Notes under the pieces: model-generated
What the model was told of the DNA's origin: nothing
The model's database searches: none
What the model saw: the letters and a program-made list of their open reading frames with translations, nothing else
Program-made: the position numbers and the translations under genes
DNA from: Candidatus Aenigmatarchaeota archaeon
GTDB lineage: Archaea; Aenigmatarchaeota; Aenigmatarchaeia; CG10238-14; SpSt-28
Assembly: GCA_038733315.1 (NCBI GenBank)
Contig: JAVYPJ010000002.1
Location: 224,051 to 288,050, forward strand
Direction: 5' to 3'
DNA: 64,000 bases
Shown here: one piece after another, positions 1 through 10,659 of the stretch
Layout of the letters: each line of letters begins with the position of its first letter
Numbering within the stretch: the stretch's first letter is position 1

Positions 1-2823
1 ATCAGCTAAAAATATGTTACTCGGAACTTCTGCCATCATCCAAACTTTAAAGTCTTTATCCCTTTTTAATCCTTCTTCTTCCATTATTTTTAAAGCCTTT
101 TCTAACTCTTCAACAGTTCTTACAAAAGGCAACATAACCCAAACATTATTTAATTTATACTCTTTTCTAACTTTTCTTATTGCCCTACATTCTAATCTAA
201 AAGCGTTTTCAAACTCTTTACTTATATATCTAGATACTCCTCTCCAACCAAGCATTGGGTTATTCTCTTTTGGTTCATACTTTTCTCCGCCAATTAACGA
301 AGCGTATTCGTTTGTTTTAAAATCGCTAAATCTTACAACAACAAATCTAGGATATATTTCTTTTGCAACTAAGGCAATTCCTTCTGCTAACTTATCTATA
401 TACTCATTTTCTTTTCCTTGCTCTATTAAATAGTTTGGATGATACTTTATATAACTTCCAATTATAAACTCTATTCTCATTAATCCAATTCCTTCGAAAG
501 GTAAATGACTGTATTTTTTTATAGCTTCTGGAACACCCAAATTCATTAGTATTTTTGTTTTTGTTTTTAATTTTTTAGCTTCACTTACTTCTATATCTTC
601 TTCTTTTGAATACCTTAGCAATTCCTTTATTTCTCCTTCATAAACAAAACCTCTATAAGCATCTACAGTAACAATTTGATTTTCCTTTAAAACCTTAGTA
701 GCCTCCTTAGTTCCAACTATACATGGAATTCCCATCTCTCTACTTACTATCGCAGCATGTGAATTAGAAACTAAAATAGGTATATAATTTTCAGAAAGTA
801 TTACAAAATTTTTTTCTAATTCATTATTTCCGCTAACCTCAAAATTATAAACATAATCCATATGCTCCTTAGAAATGAAGTTTACTGATAATTTTATAAA
901 CCTTCTCTTATTGCTAACATTTATTTTTTCTCTTTTCAATATTAATTTTCCATTTTCTATCTTAGGTAAAATACCTATTTTAATCAAAGCTATAACCAAT
1001 GGCTTTATCAAATTCTCTTCCCAAACTTCAGTATTTTTTGAAGCGTTTAAAAATCCCTTAATAAAATATTTTGTTGATTCTTTATCAAGATTTAAAACAA
1101 ATAATTCAAGGTTGTTTAAAACTTTTAGTAAAAAGGAGTTCTCTATATCTAAAAGTTTGTTTTTAAGATATTGAAGCTGATTTGCATAGGATTTATCAAC
1201 ATTATTTATTACATCATAAATTCTTTTAGCAGCTAATAGACTACCTATAACATATGAAAACTTTTTAGCTCTAATACTTATTGGTTTTTCTGGAATTTCT
1301 ACACAAGACAATATAGGAATGTCTTTATTATAAACTTCATTTATCGGAATTTTTCTTATATTTTCATCTAATAGCACTATCATTTTATGATCCCTTGTCA
1401 GTCTTATGGAATCTAAAAAATCTCTTATATAAATCTTATAAACATAATCTTTTCTTCTACCAGCTGCGATTACTCTCTTCCAAACCAATTTTTTATCTAT
1501 ATTCATAGATAATAGATAAACAGTGTTGTCTTCCGCTATTAATTGATAAACTTTTTCTGCCTCTAAAATTCCATAGTTTGTTATTAACTTAGTTTTAGGT
1601 GCTATACAAGTCATACCCCCTTCATCAGTTATAATAGCTGCAGCTTTTTTCATAGCTGGAACCATATCTGGTTCTGTCATAGTAGTAACTAAAATATCGC
1701 CATCAACAACTTTGTGAATTTCTGAAGCGTCTCTCAAAATCTTTACTTTTCCAACAGCTATTCCACCGCTTGCAGATAATCCCTTTAATATTGGTTTTAT
1801 CCTTAGATGAATTTCTTCTAATTTCTTTTCAAAAAATGCAGTTACTGGTCTCGACTGCACAATATAAATCTTACCATTTTCAACAACATACTCAACATCT
1901 TGAGGAAATTTATAATGATTTTCTATCTTAACTAAAATTTTCCATAATTCTTTTAAAGTTTTTTCATCCAAACTAGGAACTTCGCTCAACTCTTTTGGAA
2001 CCTCTATTTCTTTTAAACCATAATCTTCGCTAGCTATTTTCATTTTTGTTTTTTTAGCTATGTGTTTTTCTAAGATTTCTCCAGTTTTTTTATCAATAAC
2101 AAAAGTATCTGGAGTAACATATCCGCTAACAACAGCCTCTCCTTGCCCATAATGAGCTTCGATAACAATTTTATTTTTATCTCCACTAGCTGGATGTATT
2201 GTAAACGCAACACCAGCAACATATTTACCTTTTAAATATTCTTCCTTAGAAATTTTTCCCAATTGTTTTTGAACTACTACAGCAATATCAACTTTTAAAT
2301 GATTGAAACCCTTTTTCGTTCTATAAAATGTTGCTCTAGCAGTAAACAAAGAAGCCCAACATTTTTTAACTGCACTTAAAACATTTTCATAACCACTAAT
2401 ATTCAAAATTGTTTCTTGCTGACCAGCAAAACTAGCTTCTTTTATATCTTCTGCAGTAGCACTACTTCTTGCAACAACAAAAATATTTTTTCCTCCCTCT
2501 ATTTTACTTAACTCTTTATAGGCCTCTATTATTTCTTTTTCTATATCTTTTGGCATTGGTGCGTTTCTTATTATTTCTCTAATTTTTTCTGTGTTTTTTT
2601 CTAATTCCTCCGCATCATCAACATTTGTTCTATCTAAAATCTCTTTTATTTTTTTGTCTAAACCGTTTTTAACTATATGCTCTCTATAAGCATTTCCCAA
2701 AACTACAAAGCCATTCGGTACAGGAATTCCTGCATTTATCATCTCACCAAGATTAGCTCCCTTTCCACCTGCTATATTAACATCTTTCTTAGATAGTTCT
2801 TTTAAAAATTTGATGTATTTCAT
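1..2823 (-). CDS. ppsA: Phosphoenolpyruvate synthase (pyruvate, water dikinase), intein-containing, runs off the left edge
   Basis: Absent from the ORF track (no stop in window). Manual translation from ATG 2823 gives MKYIKFLKELSKKDVNIAGGKGANLGEM, then RSSATAED..ASFAGQQET, and ITDEGGMT-[intein]-SHAAIVSREMGIPC. Confidence 0.96.
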   Translation of the reverse strand, partial: MKYIKFLKELSKKDVNIAGGKGANLGEMINAGIPVPNGFVVLGNAYREHIVKNGLDKKIKEILDRTNVDDAEELEKNTEKIREIIRNAPMPKDIEKEIIEAYKELSKIEGGKNIFVVARSSATAEDIKEASFAGQQETILNISGYENVLSAVKKCWASLFTARATFYRTKKGFNHLKVDIAVVVQKQLGKISKEEYLKGKYVAGVAFTIHPASGDKNKIVIEAHYGQGEAVVSGYVTPDTFVIDKKTGEILEKHIAKKTKMKIASEDYGLKEIEVPKELSEVPSLDEKTLKELWKILVKIENHYKFPQDVEYVVENGKIYIVQSRPVTAFFEKKLEEIHLRIKPILKGLSASGGIAVGKVKILRDASEIHKVVDGDILVTTMTEPDMVPAMKKAAAIITDEGGMTCIAPKTKLITNYGILEAEKVYQLIAEDNTVYLLSMNIDKKLVWKRVIAAGRRKDYVYKIYIRDFLDSIRLTRDHKMIVLLDENIRKIPINEVYNKDIPILSCVEIPEKPISIRAKKFSYVIGSLLAAKRIYDVINNVDKSYANQLQYLKNKLLDIENSFLLKVLNNLELFVLNLDKESTKYFIKGFLNASKNTEVWEENLIKPLVIALIKIGILPKIENGKLILKREKINVSNKRRFIKLSVNFISKEHMDYVYNFEVSGNNELEKNFVILSENYIPILVSNSHAAIVSREMGIPCIVGTKEATKVLKENQIVTVDAYRGFVYEGEIKELLRYSKEEDIEVSEAKKLKTKTKILMNLGVPEAIKKYSHLPFEGIGLMRIEFIIGSYIKYHPNYLIEQGKENEYIDKLAEGIALVAKEIYPRFVVVRFSDFKTNEYASLIGGEKYEPKENNPMLGWRGVSRYISKEFENAFRLECRAIRKVRKEYKLNNVWVMLPFVRTVEELEKALKIMEEEGLKRDKDFKVWMMAEVPSNIFLAD
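763..1608 (-). mobile_element. Intein (282 aa) in PEP synthase with degenerate LAGLIDADG region
   Basis: In-frame insert between GGMT and SHAA. Starts CIAPKTKLITNYG, has block B LTRDH and block F DYVYNFEV, ends ILVSN followed by Ser+1. Confidence 0.93.
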
Positions 2824-2925
2824 AACAATATATGTAACATTAAGGTTATATATTAATTTCTTCCATTATTGATAAGCATATAAGAATTTAAAAGAAAATA
2901 TTAAAAATGCTTCAACTATTGGTTT

Positions 2926-4674
2926 ATGAAAAAAAGAATAGCTGTGATAGATAGAGAATTATGTAGATTTGATAAATGTGGTTTAGTTTGTATATCAAAA
3001 TGTCCAATAACTGATGAAACAAAAAAAGCGGTGTATTTAGATGAGGAAAAAAAATTAATAGTAATAAATGAAGAAAAATGCATTGGCTGCGGAATATGCA
3101 CAAAAATTTGTCCATTTGATGCAATAAGAATAATTAATTTTCCTAAGCCCTTAGATAGAAAACCAATACATAGATTTGGAATAAATGGTTTTGAGTTATA
3201 CAATTTGCCTTTTCCAATAGAAAATAAAATAGTTGGAATTATTGGGCCTAATGGAATAGGAAAAACCTCTTCAATAAGAATTTTGATAGGCGAAATAAAA
3301 CCAAACTTTGGTGAATTAGAAAAAGAATATGAAATAACAGAATTAATCAAAATTTTTAGAGGAAAAGAAATTCAGAGCTATTTAGAAAAATTAAAGAATT
3401 CTACTATTTCTCTATCTTACAAACCGCAAAGAGTTGATTTAATACCAAAAATTCAGAAGGGAAAAGTGAGAGAAATAATAGAAAAGATGGATAAAGATAA
3501 AATTTCCGCTATATTAAAAGAGTTTGAATTAGAAGAAATATTAGATAAAAATGTTGAAAATCTTAGCGGTGGAGAATTACAAGCTCTTGCCATATCTATA
3601 GCCTTAGCGAAAAACGCAAATTTCTACTATTTAGACGAACCAACAACATTCTTAGACATTTCTCAGAGATTTAAATTGATAAACATTCTTAGAAAATATT
3701 TACATCAAAAGTCTTCAATAGTTGTTGATCATGACATAGCATTTTTAGATGCTCTATGCGATTTCATCCACATTTTTTATGGAGTTCCATCAGTATATGG
3801 AATAGTTAGCAATTTACTTTCGGCAAGAATTGGTATTAATAGTTTTTTTGATGGTTATATAAAGGAAGAAAATGTTAAGTTCAGAGATTTTGAAATAAAA
3901 TTCGAAAAATCGCAACAAATACAACCAAAAAATGAAATTCTTTTTAAAATCGAGAATTTCGAAAAAAGTTTAAATGGTTTCAAAATATTTATAGAGAAAT
4001 TTGAGATAAGAAAAAATGAAATCATTGGAATAATAGGAGCTAACGCCTTAGGTAAAACAACATTTGCAAAAATTTTATCAAAACAAATAGAAAGTGATTT
4101 AAAAATTGATGTTTCAATTTCTTTAAAACCGCAGTTTATTAATATCGATTTTGATGGAAGTGTTGAAGAATACTTGAATTCTATTAAAAAAATTGGTGAG
4201 AATGAGAAAAGAGAAATAATTTTTCCGCTTTCGCTTCAAAGACTTTTACTAAAAAATATTAAGAATTTGAGTGGTGGAGAAATGCAAAAGGTTTCCATAG
4301 CTGCTTGCCTCTTAAGAGATGCAGATATTTATATTTTAGATGAACCCTCTGCATTTTTAGATATAGAAGAAAGAATCTCGTTAATTAAAAACTTAAAGAA
4401 TTTCATAGAAAACAGAGAAAAAAGTTTTATAATAATTGATCATGACCTTACTCTTATTTCTTATATATCTCATAGAATACTCCTTTTTAAAGGAATTCCC
4501 GGAAAGTTTGGAAAAACAAAAATTTATGAACTAAAAGAGGGAATAAATGAATTTTTAAAAGAGTTTGAAATAACATTTAGAAGAGATAAGGAAACTAATA
4601 GGCCTAGAATTAATAAGTTTGGTTCAAAAATAGATAGAAAACAAAAAGAAAGCGGAATATACTTTGATATATAG
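2926..4674 (+). CDS. rli: Ribosome recycling ATPase ABCE1 (RNase L inhibitor homolog)
   Basis: N-terminal Fe-S motifs (CxxxxCxxxCxxxCP, CIGCGICTKICP), two ABC domains (GPNGIGKT, LSGGE), C-terminal ITFRRD..RPRINK. Confidence 0.96.
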   Translation: MKKRIAVIDRELCRFDKCGLVCISKCPITDETKKAVYLDEEKKLIVINEEKCIGCGICTKICPFDAIRIINFPKPLDRKPIHRFGINGFELYNLPFPIENKIVGIIGPNGIGKTSSIRILIGEIKPNFGELEKEYEITELIKIFRGKEIQSYLEKLKNSTISLSYKPQRVDLIPKIQKGKVREIIEKMDKDKISAILKEFELEEILDKNVENLSGGELQALAISIALAKNANFYYLDEPTTFLDISQRFKLINILRKYLHQKSSIVVDHDIAFLDALCDFIHIFYGVPSVYGIVSNLLSARIGINSFFDGYIKEENVKFRDFEIKFEKSQQIQPKNEILFKIENFEKSLNGFKIFIEKFEIRKNEIIGIIGANALGKTTFAKILSKQIESDLKIDVSISLKPQFINIDFDGSVEEYLNSIKKIGENEKREIIFPLSLQRLLLKNIKNLSGGEMQKVSIAACLLRDADIYILDEPSAFLDIEERISLIKNLKNFIENREKSFIIIDHDLTLISYISHRILLFKGIPGKFGKTKIYELKEGINEFLKEFEITFRRDKETNRPRINKFGSKIDRKQKESGIYFDI

Positions 4675-4703
4675 AATTTCTTTTTGCAACCTTAGAAATA
4701 ATT

Positions 4704-5342
4704 ATGGCTAAGATAAAATTTAAAAGATTAAGAGAAAATCTTGCGATTAAAAGATTTTTCATAACGTTATTTCTAACTGTTACTATTTCGGTCTTTTACT
4801 TTAATCTCTACAAATTCTTAGAGAAACCTTCATTAAATCTAGTTAAAAAATTCGAGATAGCAAATATGTTTGTTTGGATTGACGAAAAAATAAGAGATAA
4901 TAGTTATATTTATGTTGAAAGAGTTTTTGAATATAAAATAAATTATCCGTACGTTATTAAAAAACCATTTTATTGTTATGATTTACCAGAAAATGCAATA
5001 TTCCATGATAAATTCGGAAACGTTATTAACGTAGAAAAAATAGAAAATAAAGTTTGTATTTCTTCTGAGATTAAAGAATTTGTCGTTAGAATCACAGAAA
5101 AAAAGGATATTAAAAACTATGTTGTTCTTTCAAAAATAGAAGATTCTAATAAAATCTTTATAAAAAATATAGATGAATTTTCCTTAAACTTTGAGATTAG
5201 AATTGATATAGATAAGCTGATTAAATCGCAAGGAAACGTATATAGAGATGGTACTTTAGTTTCAATAAATTCTACATATTTTTTTGATTCTAAGGTTATA
5301 GCACCATATGGAAATATTGAATATGAAATTAAGAAAAGCTGA
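4704..5342 (+). CDS. Hypothetical protein with N-terminal membrane anchor
   Basis: 212-aa ORF, basic N-terminus followed by one hydrophobic helix. Confidence 0.7.
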   Translation: MAKIKFKRLRENLAIKRFFITLFLTVTISVFYFNLYKFLEKPSLNLVKKFEIANMFVWIDEKIRDNSYIYVERVFEYKINYPYVIKKPFYCYDLPENAIFHDKFGNVINVEKIENKVCISSEIKEFVVRITEKKDIKNYVVLSKIEDSNKIFIKNIDEFSLNFEIRIDIDKLIKSQGNVYRDGTLVSINSTYFFDSKVIAPYGNIEYEIKKS

Positions 5343-5393
5343 AAAAGCAACATCTTAAACTTATTTATTATTTTAGTTTTATTTTAATTACTT

Positions 5394-5810
5394 ATGCCGG
5401 TGTGGAAAATAGTTATAAGTGATCCAGAAAGTAAAAAAGCATATCAGATAGAGATAGATCAATCTATGGCACCTCAACTAATAGGGAAAAAAATAGGAGA
5501 TATTATAGATGGAAATATAATAGGTTTAAGTGGTTACGAATTACAAATTACTGGAGGAACCGATAAAGACGGTTTTCCGATGCACCCAAACATAGATGGA
5601 GCTATAAAGAAAAGAGTTTTGCTATCTTCTCCGCCTTGTTTTCATCCAGAAAAAAAAGGAGAAAGAAAGAAAAAAACAGTAAGAGGGAATACTATTAGTA
5701 GCGATATAATTCAAATAAACACAAAAATAATTAAAAAAGGTGAAAAACCCTTAGAAGAATTCGAAGTAATTAAATCTTTCCTACAAAAGAAAGCCAATAC
5801 TCAACAATGA
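5394..5810 (+). CDS. rps6e: 30S ribosomal protein S6e
   Basis: LQITGGTDKDGFPM, GERKKKTVRGN; conserved position before aIF2gamma. Confidence 0.96.
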   Translation: MPVWKIVISDPESKKAYQIEIDQSMAPQLIGKKIGDIIDGNIIGLSGYELQITGGTDKDGFPMHPNIDGAIKKRVLLSSPPCFHPEKKGERKKKTVRGNTISSDIIQINTKIIKKGEKPLEEFEVIKSFLQKKANTQQ

Positions 5811-7024
5811 AGGAATTGCCAGAAATTAATATAGGATTAGTCGGTCATGTTGCGCATGGAAAAACAATTCTTACAAGATCTCTAACAGGAAAATTAACAT
5901 TACAACATAGCGAAGAGCTAAAAAGAGGAATAACGTTAAAACTAGGATATGCGGATGCTAAATTTTATAAATGTAATGATTGCGAATATTATTTTTCAGA
6001 CATAAATAATAGCAAAACTTGCCCAAAATGCTTCTCTAAAAATGTAACATTTCTTAGAACTGTTAGTTTTATAGATGCTCCAGGGCATGAAACATTAATG
6101 AGTTTAGTGTTAACAGCGAGCAGCTTAATGGATGGCGCAATTTTAGTAATCGCATCTAACGAAAAATGTCCACAACCACAAACAGAAGAGCATTTAAAGG
6201 CTTTAGAAATAGCAGAGATAAAAAATGTTATTATTGCACAAACAAAAATAGATTTGGTTAGAGATAAGCAAAAAATCTTAGAACATTACAACCAAATAAA
6301 AGAATTTATTAAAGACTCTTTAATAAGCAACTCTCCAATAATCCCTGTTTCTGCTCAATTCAACATAAATATAGAGTATTTAATAGAATGCATAGAAAAA
6401 TATATTCCAACTCCAATAAGAAACGAAAAAGAAAAGCCGATAATGTACGCAATAAGAAGCTTTGACACAAATTTACCTGGTACAAAAGTAAAAGATTTAA
6501 AAGGTGCTATTTTCGGAGGAAGTGTAATTAAGGGTAAGTTCAAAGAAAACGATGAAATAGAAATAAAACCCCCGGCATATCATAATGGAAAATTTATAAG
6601 CCTAACATCAAAAATTGTTGAAATAAGAAAAAGCGGGGTAAAAATAGAAGAGGCTACTCCAGGAGGTTTAATAGGTATACAAACAGATTTAGATCCTAGT
6701 GTAGCAAGACTAGATTCGCTAGCTGGAAGAATTATCGCCCTTTTAAATGAACTTCCAAAAGAAGTTTTTTCATTATCTTTCGAAATAAATTATTTAAAAA
6801 GGTCTGTTTTCATTAAAGAAGAGGAAATAAAAATAAACAATAACGATGTTATATTAATAAATGTTGGACCCCAAAGAAGTGTAGGGATAGTTAAAAATAT
6901 TAAAGAAAATTATTTAGATGTTCAGCTAAAATTTCCAATAGTATTGCAGAAAAATGATAGAATATTAGTATCTAAGCAAATTAGAGGCAGCTGGAGATTA
7001 ATAGGTTACGGCAATTATCTCTAA
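5807..7024 (+). CDS. eif2g: Translation initiation factor 2 subunit gamma
   Basis: GHVAHGKT, EELKRGITLKLGY, Zn knuckle, DAPGHE, PQPQT, WRLIGYG. Confidence 0.96.
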   Translation: MKELPEINIGLVGHVAHGKTILTRSLTGKLTLQHSEELKRGITLKLGYADAKFYKCNDCEYYFSDINNSKTCPKCFSKNVTFLRTVSFIDAPGHETLMSLVLTASSLMDGAILVIASNEKCPQPQTEEHLKALEIAEIKNVIIAQTKIDLVRDKQKILEHYNQIKEFIKDSLISNSPIIPVSAQFNINIEYLIECIEKYIPTPIRNEKEKPIMYAIRSFDTNLPGTKVKDLKGAIFGGSVIKGKFKENDEIEIKPPAYHNGKFISLTSKIVEIRKSGVKIEEATPGGLIGIQTDLDPSVARLDSLAGRIIALLNELPKEVFSLSFEINYLKRSVFIKEEEIKINNNDVILINVGPQRSVGIVKNIKENYLDVQLKFPIVLQKNDRILVSKQIRGSWRLIGYGNYL

Positions 7025-7069
7025 TTAAGAAAAATTAAAAAATATAAATTTTAGTTTATAGATATTTAT

Positions 7070-7747
7070 ATGCCAGAGTTGCTTCCGGAATATTTAGGGT
7101 ATGACAGAACTATAGCAGTATTTAGTCCAGATGGTAGGTTATTCCAAGTAGAATATGCAAAAGAAGCGGGTAAAAGAGGGCCTACAGCACTTTCATTTAA
7201 ATACGACAAAGGAATAATATTAGCAGCTTCTAAGTTTGTTGATGAACTCCAAGTTCCAAGCAGCGTAGAAAAAATATTTAAAATTGATGATCATATAGGG
7301 ATGATTTCCACTGGCTTACTTTCGGATGCAAGATACTTATCAAAAATAGCGAGAATAAGAGCCCAATCTTACACTATTACATACGATGAAAAAATTGATG
7401 TTTCAGAGTTAGCTAGATACATAGGCGATGAAATGCAACAATTTACAATGTTCGGCGGATTAAGACCGTTTGGTACGTGGTTAATTATAGGTGGTATTGA
7501 TTTAACTGGCAAAAAAATTTTTGAAATAGAACCAAGTGGAACTATATTTGAATGGAACGCAGTAGCAATAGGAAGACAATCAGAAGCTGCAATGAAAATT
7601 TTAAGACAAAAATGGAAAGAAGAAATGAGTAGAGAAGATGCTATAAATTTAGCAAAAGATATTCTAAAAAAATTAGAAAAAGATGCTACAATAGAAATTG
7701 CATTTATTGAAAAAGACGTTCCAATCACAAAAATAACTAAAGAATAA
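7070..7747 (+). CDS. psmA: Proteasome subunit alpha
   Basis: YDRTIAVFSPDGRLFQVEYA, RPFG. Confidence 0.96.
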   Translation: MPELLPEYLGYDRTIAVFSPDGRLFQVEYAKEAGKRGPTALSFKYDKGIILAASKFVDELQVPSSVEKIFKIDDHIGMISTGLLSDARYLSKIARIRAQSYTITYDEKIDVSELARYIGDEMQQFTMFGGLRPFGTWLIIGGIDLTGKKIFEIEPSGTIFEWNAVAIGRQSEAAMKILRQKWKEEMSREDAINLAKDILKKLEKDATIEIAFIEKDVPITKITKE

Positions 7748-8454
7748 TGGGCATTTCTATAGAAAAATCAGTAATAGCTTGTTATAAAGTTAAGGGTCAA
7801 AAATTTGAAATATTAGTCGATCCGTTTAAAGCTTTCGAATTCAAAAAAAATAAAAAATATAAAATAGAGGAAATTCTAGCTGTTAATGATATATTTAAAG
7901 ATGCTAGAAAAGCAGAAAGGGCTTCAGCAAATGAATTAAAACAAGCATTTAACACTACTGATATATTTAAAATCGCTGAAGAAATTTTATCTAACGGAGA
8001 AATTCAAATACCTACGGAATTAAAAAGAAAACTCATAGAGGAAAAGAAAAATCAAATAATAAATCTAATATCTAGAAGATTTATTAATCCCCAAAACAAT
8101 TTGCCACATCCACCACAAAGAATTGAGTTAGCTATGGAGCAAGCTAAGGTTAGTATAGATCCATTTGTTGACGCAGAGCTTCAGCTTGAGAATATAGTAA
8201 AAGAACTTAAAAAAATAATACCTTTAAGAATAGAATATTTAACCCTAGAAATAAAAATCCCGATAAACGTTGGAAGTAAAGCTATAAATGAAATAAAAAG
8301 ATTAAAACTATCGATTCTTAGCGAAAACTGGACAGAAAACTATTTATATCTTAAAGTTAAAATTATTAGTATATCAAAAGACGAACTATTAAAAATTTTG
8401 TATAAATACTCAAAAGAAGTAGAAATACGCGAAATATCAAAAGAATATGAGTGA
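7747..8454 (+). CDS. Ribosome maturation protein SBDS/Sdo1
   Basis: KFEILVDP, IFKDARK, INPQNNLPHPPQRIE; usual position in the exosome operon. Confidence 0.94.
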   Translation: MGISIEKSVIACYKVKGQKFEILVDPFKAFEFKKNKKYKIEEILAVNDIFKDARKAERASANELKQAFNTTDIFKIAEEILSNGEIQIPTELKRKLIEEKKNQIINLISRRFINPQNNLPHPPQRIELAMEQAKVSIDPFVDAELQLENIVKELKKIIPLRIEYLTLEIKIPINVGSKAINEIKRLKLSILSENWTENYLYLKVKIISISKDELLKILYKYSKEVEIREISKEYE

Positions 8455-9106
8455 ATTGTATGGAAATATAGTAGTGCCTGGAGAGGAAATAGAAAAAAGC
8501 GAATTTAGCTATAAAGTTAATGATAAGTTTATATCTAAAAAACTTTGTCTAATTTCAAAAACAGATGAAAAGAGTAAAGCAGTTTCACTATCTTCTACTT
8601 ATTATCCAGAGACTGATGATAAGATCATTGGAATAATAAGGGAAATTGAAGCTGGTGGATGGTTAGTAGACATTAATTCTATAAACTATGCATTTTTACC
8701 AATTGCAGAGGCTGTAAAAGAATTTATAGATATATATAAAACAGATTTAAGCAAAATACTTAAAGTAGGTGACATTATATATGCAAAAGTAATAAACGTT
8801 ATTAACTATAAAATAATTCAGATTTCGATAAAAAACGATGGACTAAAAAAATTAAATGGTGGTGGAGTAATTAGTGTAAATCCAGCAAAAGTAGCAAGAA
8901 TAATAGGAAAGAATATGAGCATGGTAAAATTAATTTCTGAAAAAACAAACTCGGAAATAATAGTAGGTAAAAACGGTTATATATGGATAAGGGCTAAAAA
9001 AGCTAACGATGTTATAAAAGCTATAAATACTATTAAATTCGTAGAAAAAAACTCACATTTTAAAGGTTTGACAGAAATGGTAATAAAATACTTAGAGGAA
9101 AAATGA
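8447..9106 (+). CDS. rrp4: Exosome RNA-binding subunit Rrp4
   Basis: VVPGE, S1 domain, KH domain (RIIGKNMSM, VGKNGYIWI). Confidence 0.92.
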   Translation: MSELYGNIVVPGEEIEKSEFSYKVNDKFISKKLCLISKTDEKSKAVSLSSTYYPETDDKIIGIIREIEAGGWLVDINSINYAFLPIAEAVKEFIDIYKTDLSKILKVGDIIYAKVINVINYKIIQISIKNDGLKKLNGGGVISVNPAKVARIIGKNMSMVKLISEKTNSEIIVGKNGYIWIRAKKANDVIKAINTIKFVEKNSHFKGLTEMVIKYLEEK

Positions 9107-9822
9107 AAAAGGAAAATATAAATTTAATAATAGATGGAAAAAGAAGTGATGGGAGAAAATTAGATGAAATTAGAGATATAAAAATAGAATTAGGTATAAT
9201 TCCATTAGCTAATGGAAGCGCAAAGTTTTCTTTTGGAAATACTATAGCTATTGCTTCTGTATATGGAGCTAGAGAATTACAACCAAAATTTTTACAAGAG
9301 GAAAAAGCAATTACAAGAGTTAGATATAACATGGCAGCATTTAGTACAGATACGCGAAAAAACCCTGGAATGGATAGAAGGAGTATTGAAATTTCTAAGG
9401 TACTAAAAGATGCCATAGAAAATTCTATATTTCTCGAGGAATATCCAAGAGCTACAATAGATTGTTATGTTGAAGTTATTTCCAGCGATGGGTCTACAAG
9501 AGTAACTTCTTTAAACGCAATAAGTTTATCCTTAGCTATGGCAGGTATATCGATGAAAGATTTAATAGTAGCTCTTACAGCTGGAAAAATTGATGGAAAA
9601 ATAGTGTTAGATTTAAATCAGTTAGAAGATAATAATGGCGATGCTGATATTTCTTTTGGATATTTATTCGCGACAGATGAAATTGTTTTATTACAAATGG
9701 ACGGAAACTTAACAAAAGATGAGTTTTTAAAAGCTTTGAATATGTTAAAAGAAAAAGCTAAAATTGTTTATGAGAAACAAAGAGATGCAATAAAAAAATA
9801 CTTCGAAAAAAATGATCAGTGA
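9103..9822 (+). CDS. rrp41: Exosome catalytic subunit Rrp41
   Basis: RSDGRKLDEIR, YNMAAFST, DRRSIEISK, DGSTR, LLQMDG. Confidence 0.95.
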   Translation: MKKENINLIIDGKRSDGRKLDEIRDIKIELGIIPLANGSAKFSFGNTIAIASVYGARELQPKFLQEEKAITRVRYNMAAFSTDTRKNPGMDRRSIEISKVLKDAIENSIFLEEYPRATIDCYVEVISSDGSTRVTSLNAISLSLAMAGISMKDLIVALTAGKIDGKIVLDLNQLEDNNGDADISFGYLFATDEIVLLQMDGNLTKDEFLKALNMLKEKAKIVYEKQRDAIKKYFEKNDQ

Positions 9823-10567
9823 AGAAATAATAGAAAGTATATTAAAAGAAAAGAAAAGATTAGATGGAAGAGAATTCACTGAGTACAGAAAGATTGAAAT
9901 AGAAAAAAATATAGTTCCGAAAGCAGAGGGAAGTGCTGGAGTAAAAATGGGAAATACTTATGTAATTGCTGGTGTTAAAATAGAATTAGCACAACCATTT
10001 CCAGATAATCCAAATGAAGGAATTCTAATAGTAAATGCAGAATTTCCACCTATTGCACACTCAACATTTGAGCCTGGGCCGCCAAATGAATATGCAATAG
10101 AATTAGCAAGACTTGTAGATAGACTCATAAGAGAGTCTAAAATGATAGATTTAGAAAAATTATTCATAGAAGAGGGAAAAGTCTATGGAGTTTTTGTTGA
10201 TTTACATGTAATTTCTAATGATGGAAACCTTTTAGATGCAAGCGCATTAGCTAGTATCGCTGCATTATGTAATACCAAAGTTCCCAAATACGAAAATGGT
10301 AATTTAAATAGGAATGAATTTGCGTTTAGCTTACCTACTAAATATAAGCCAATTTACGTAACAATAGGAAAAGTGGAAAATGAATATATTTTAGATTTAA
10401 CATATGATGAAGAACAAGTTGTTAAAAATCAAATTGCATTTGGAATAAGAGATGACGATATTATTGTATCTGCGCAAAAACTAAAAGGAACTTTTAAATT
10501 TAATGAAATAGAAAAACTGATAGATTTAGCTATAGAAAAATCAAAAGAGTTGAGAAAATTGATTTGA
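9812..10567 (+). CDS. rrp42: Exosome subunit Rrp42
   Basis: RLDGREFTEYR, AEGSA, FEPGPPNE, ELARLVDR, DGNLLDA. Confidence 0.95.
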   Translation: MISEEIIESILKEKKRLDGREFTEYRKIEIEKNIVPKAEGSAGVKMGNTYVIAGVKIELAQPFPDNPNEGILIVNAEFPPIAHSTFEPGPPNEYAIELARLVDRLIRESKMIDLEKLFIEEGKVYGVFVDLHVISNDGNLLDASALASIAALCNTKVPKYENGNLNRNEFAFSLPTKYKPIYVTIGKVENEYILDLTYDEEQVVKNQIAFGIRDDDIIVSAQKLKGTFKFNEIEKLIDLAIEKSKELRKLI

Positions 10568-10659
10568 GTTTATAAATTTTATATACCACTATAAAGTAAC
10601 TATTAACATAAATGTTTACCACTAAAAGATATATAATTATGATCAGTATATATAGTATT

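Noticed and set aside
14..1174. Plus-strand ORFs 14-433 and 875-1174
   Set aside because: Antisense shadows of ppsA and its intein
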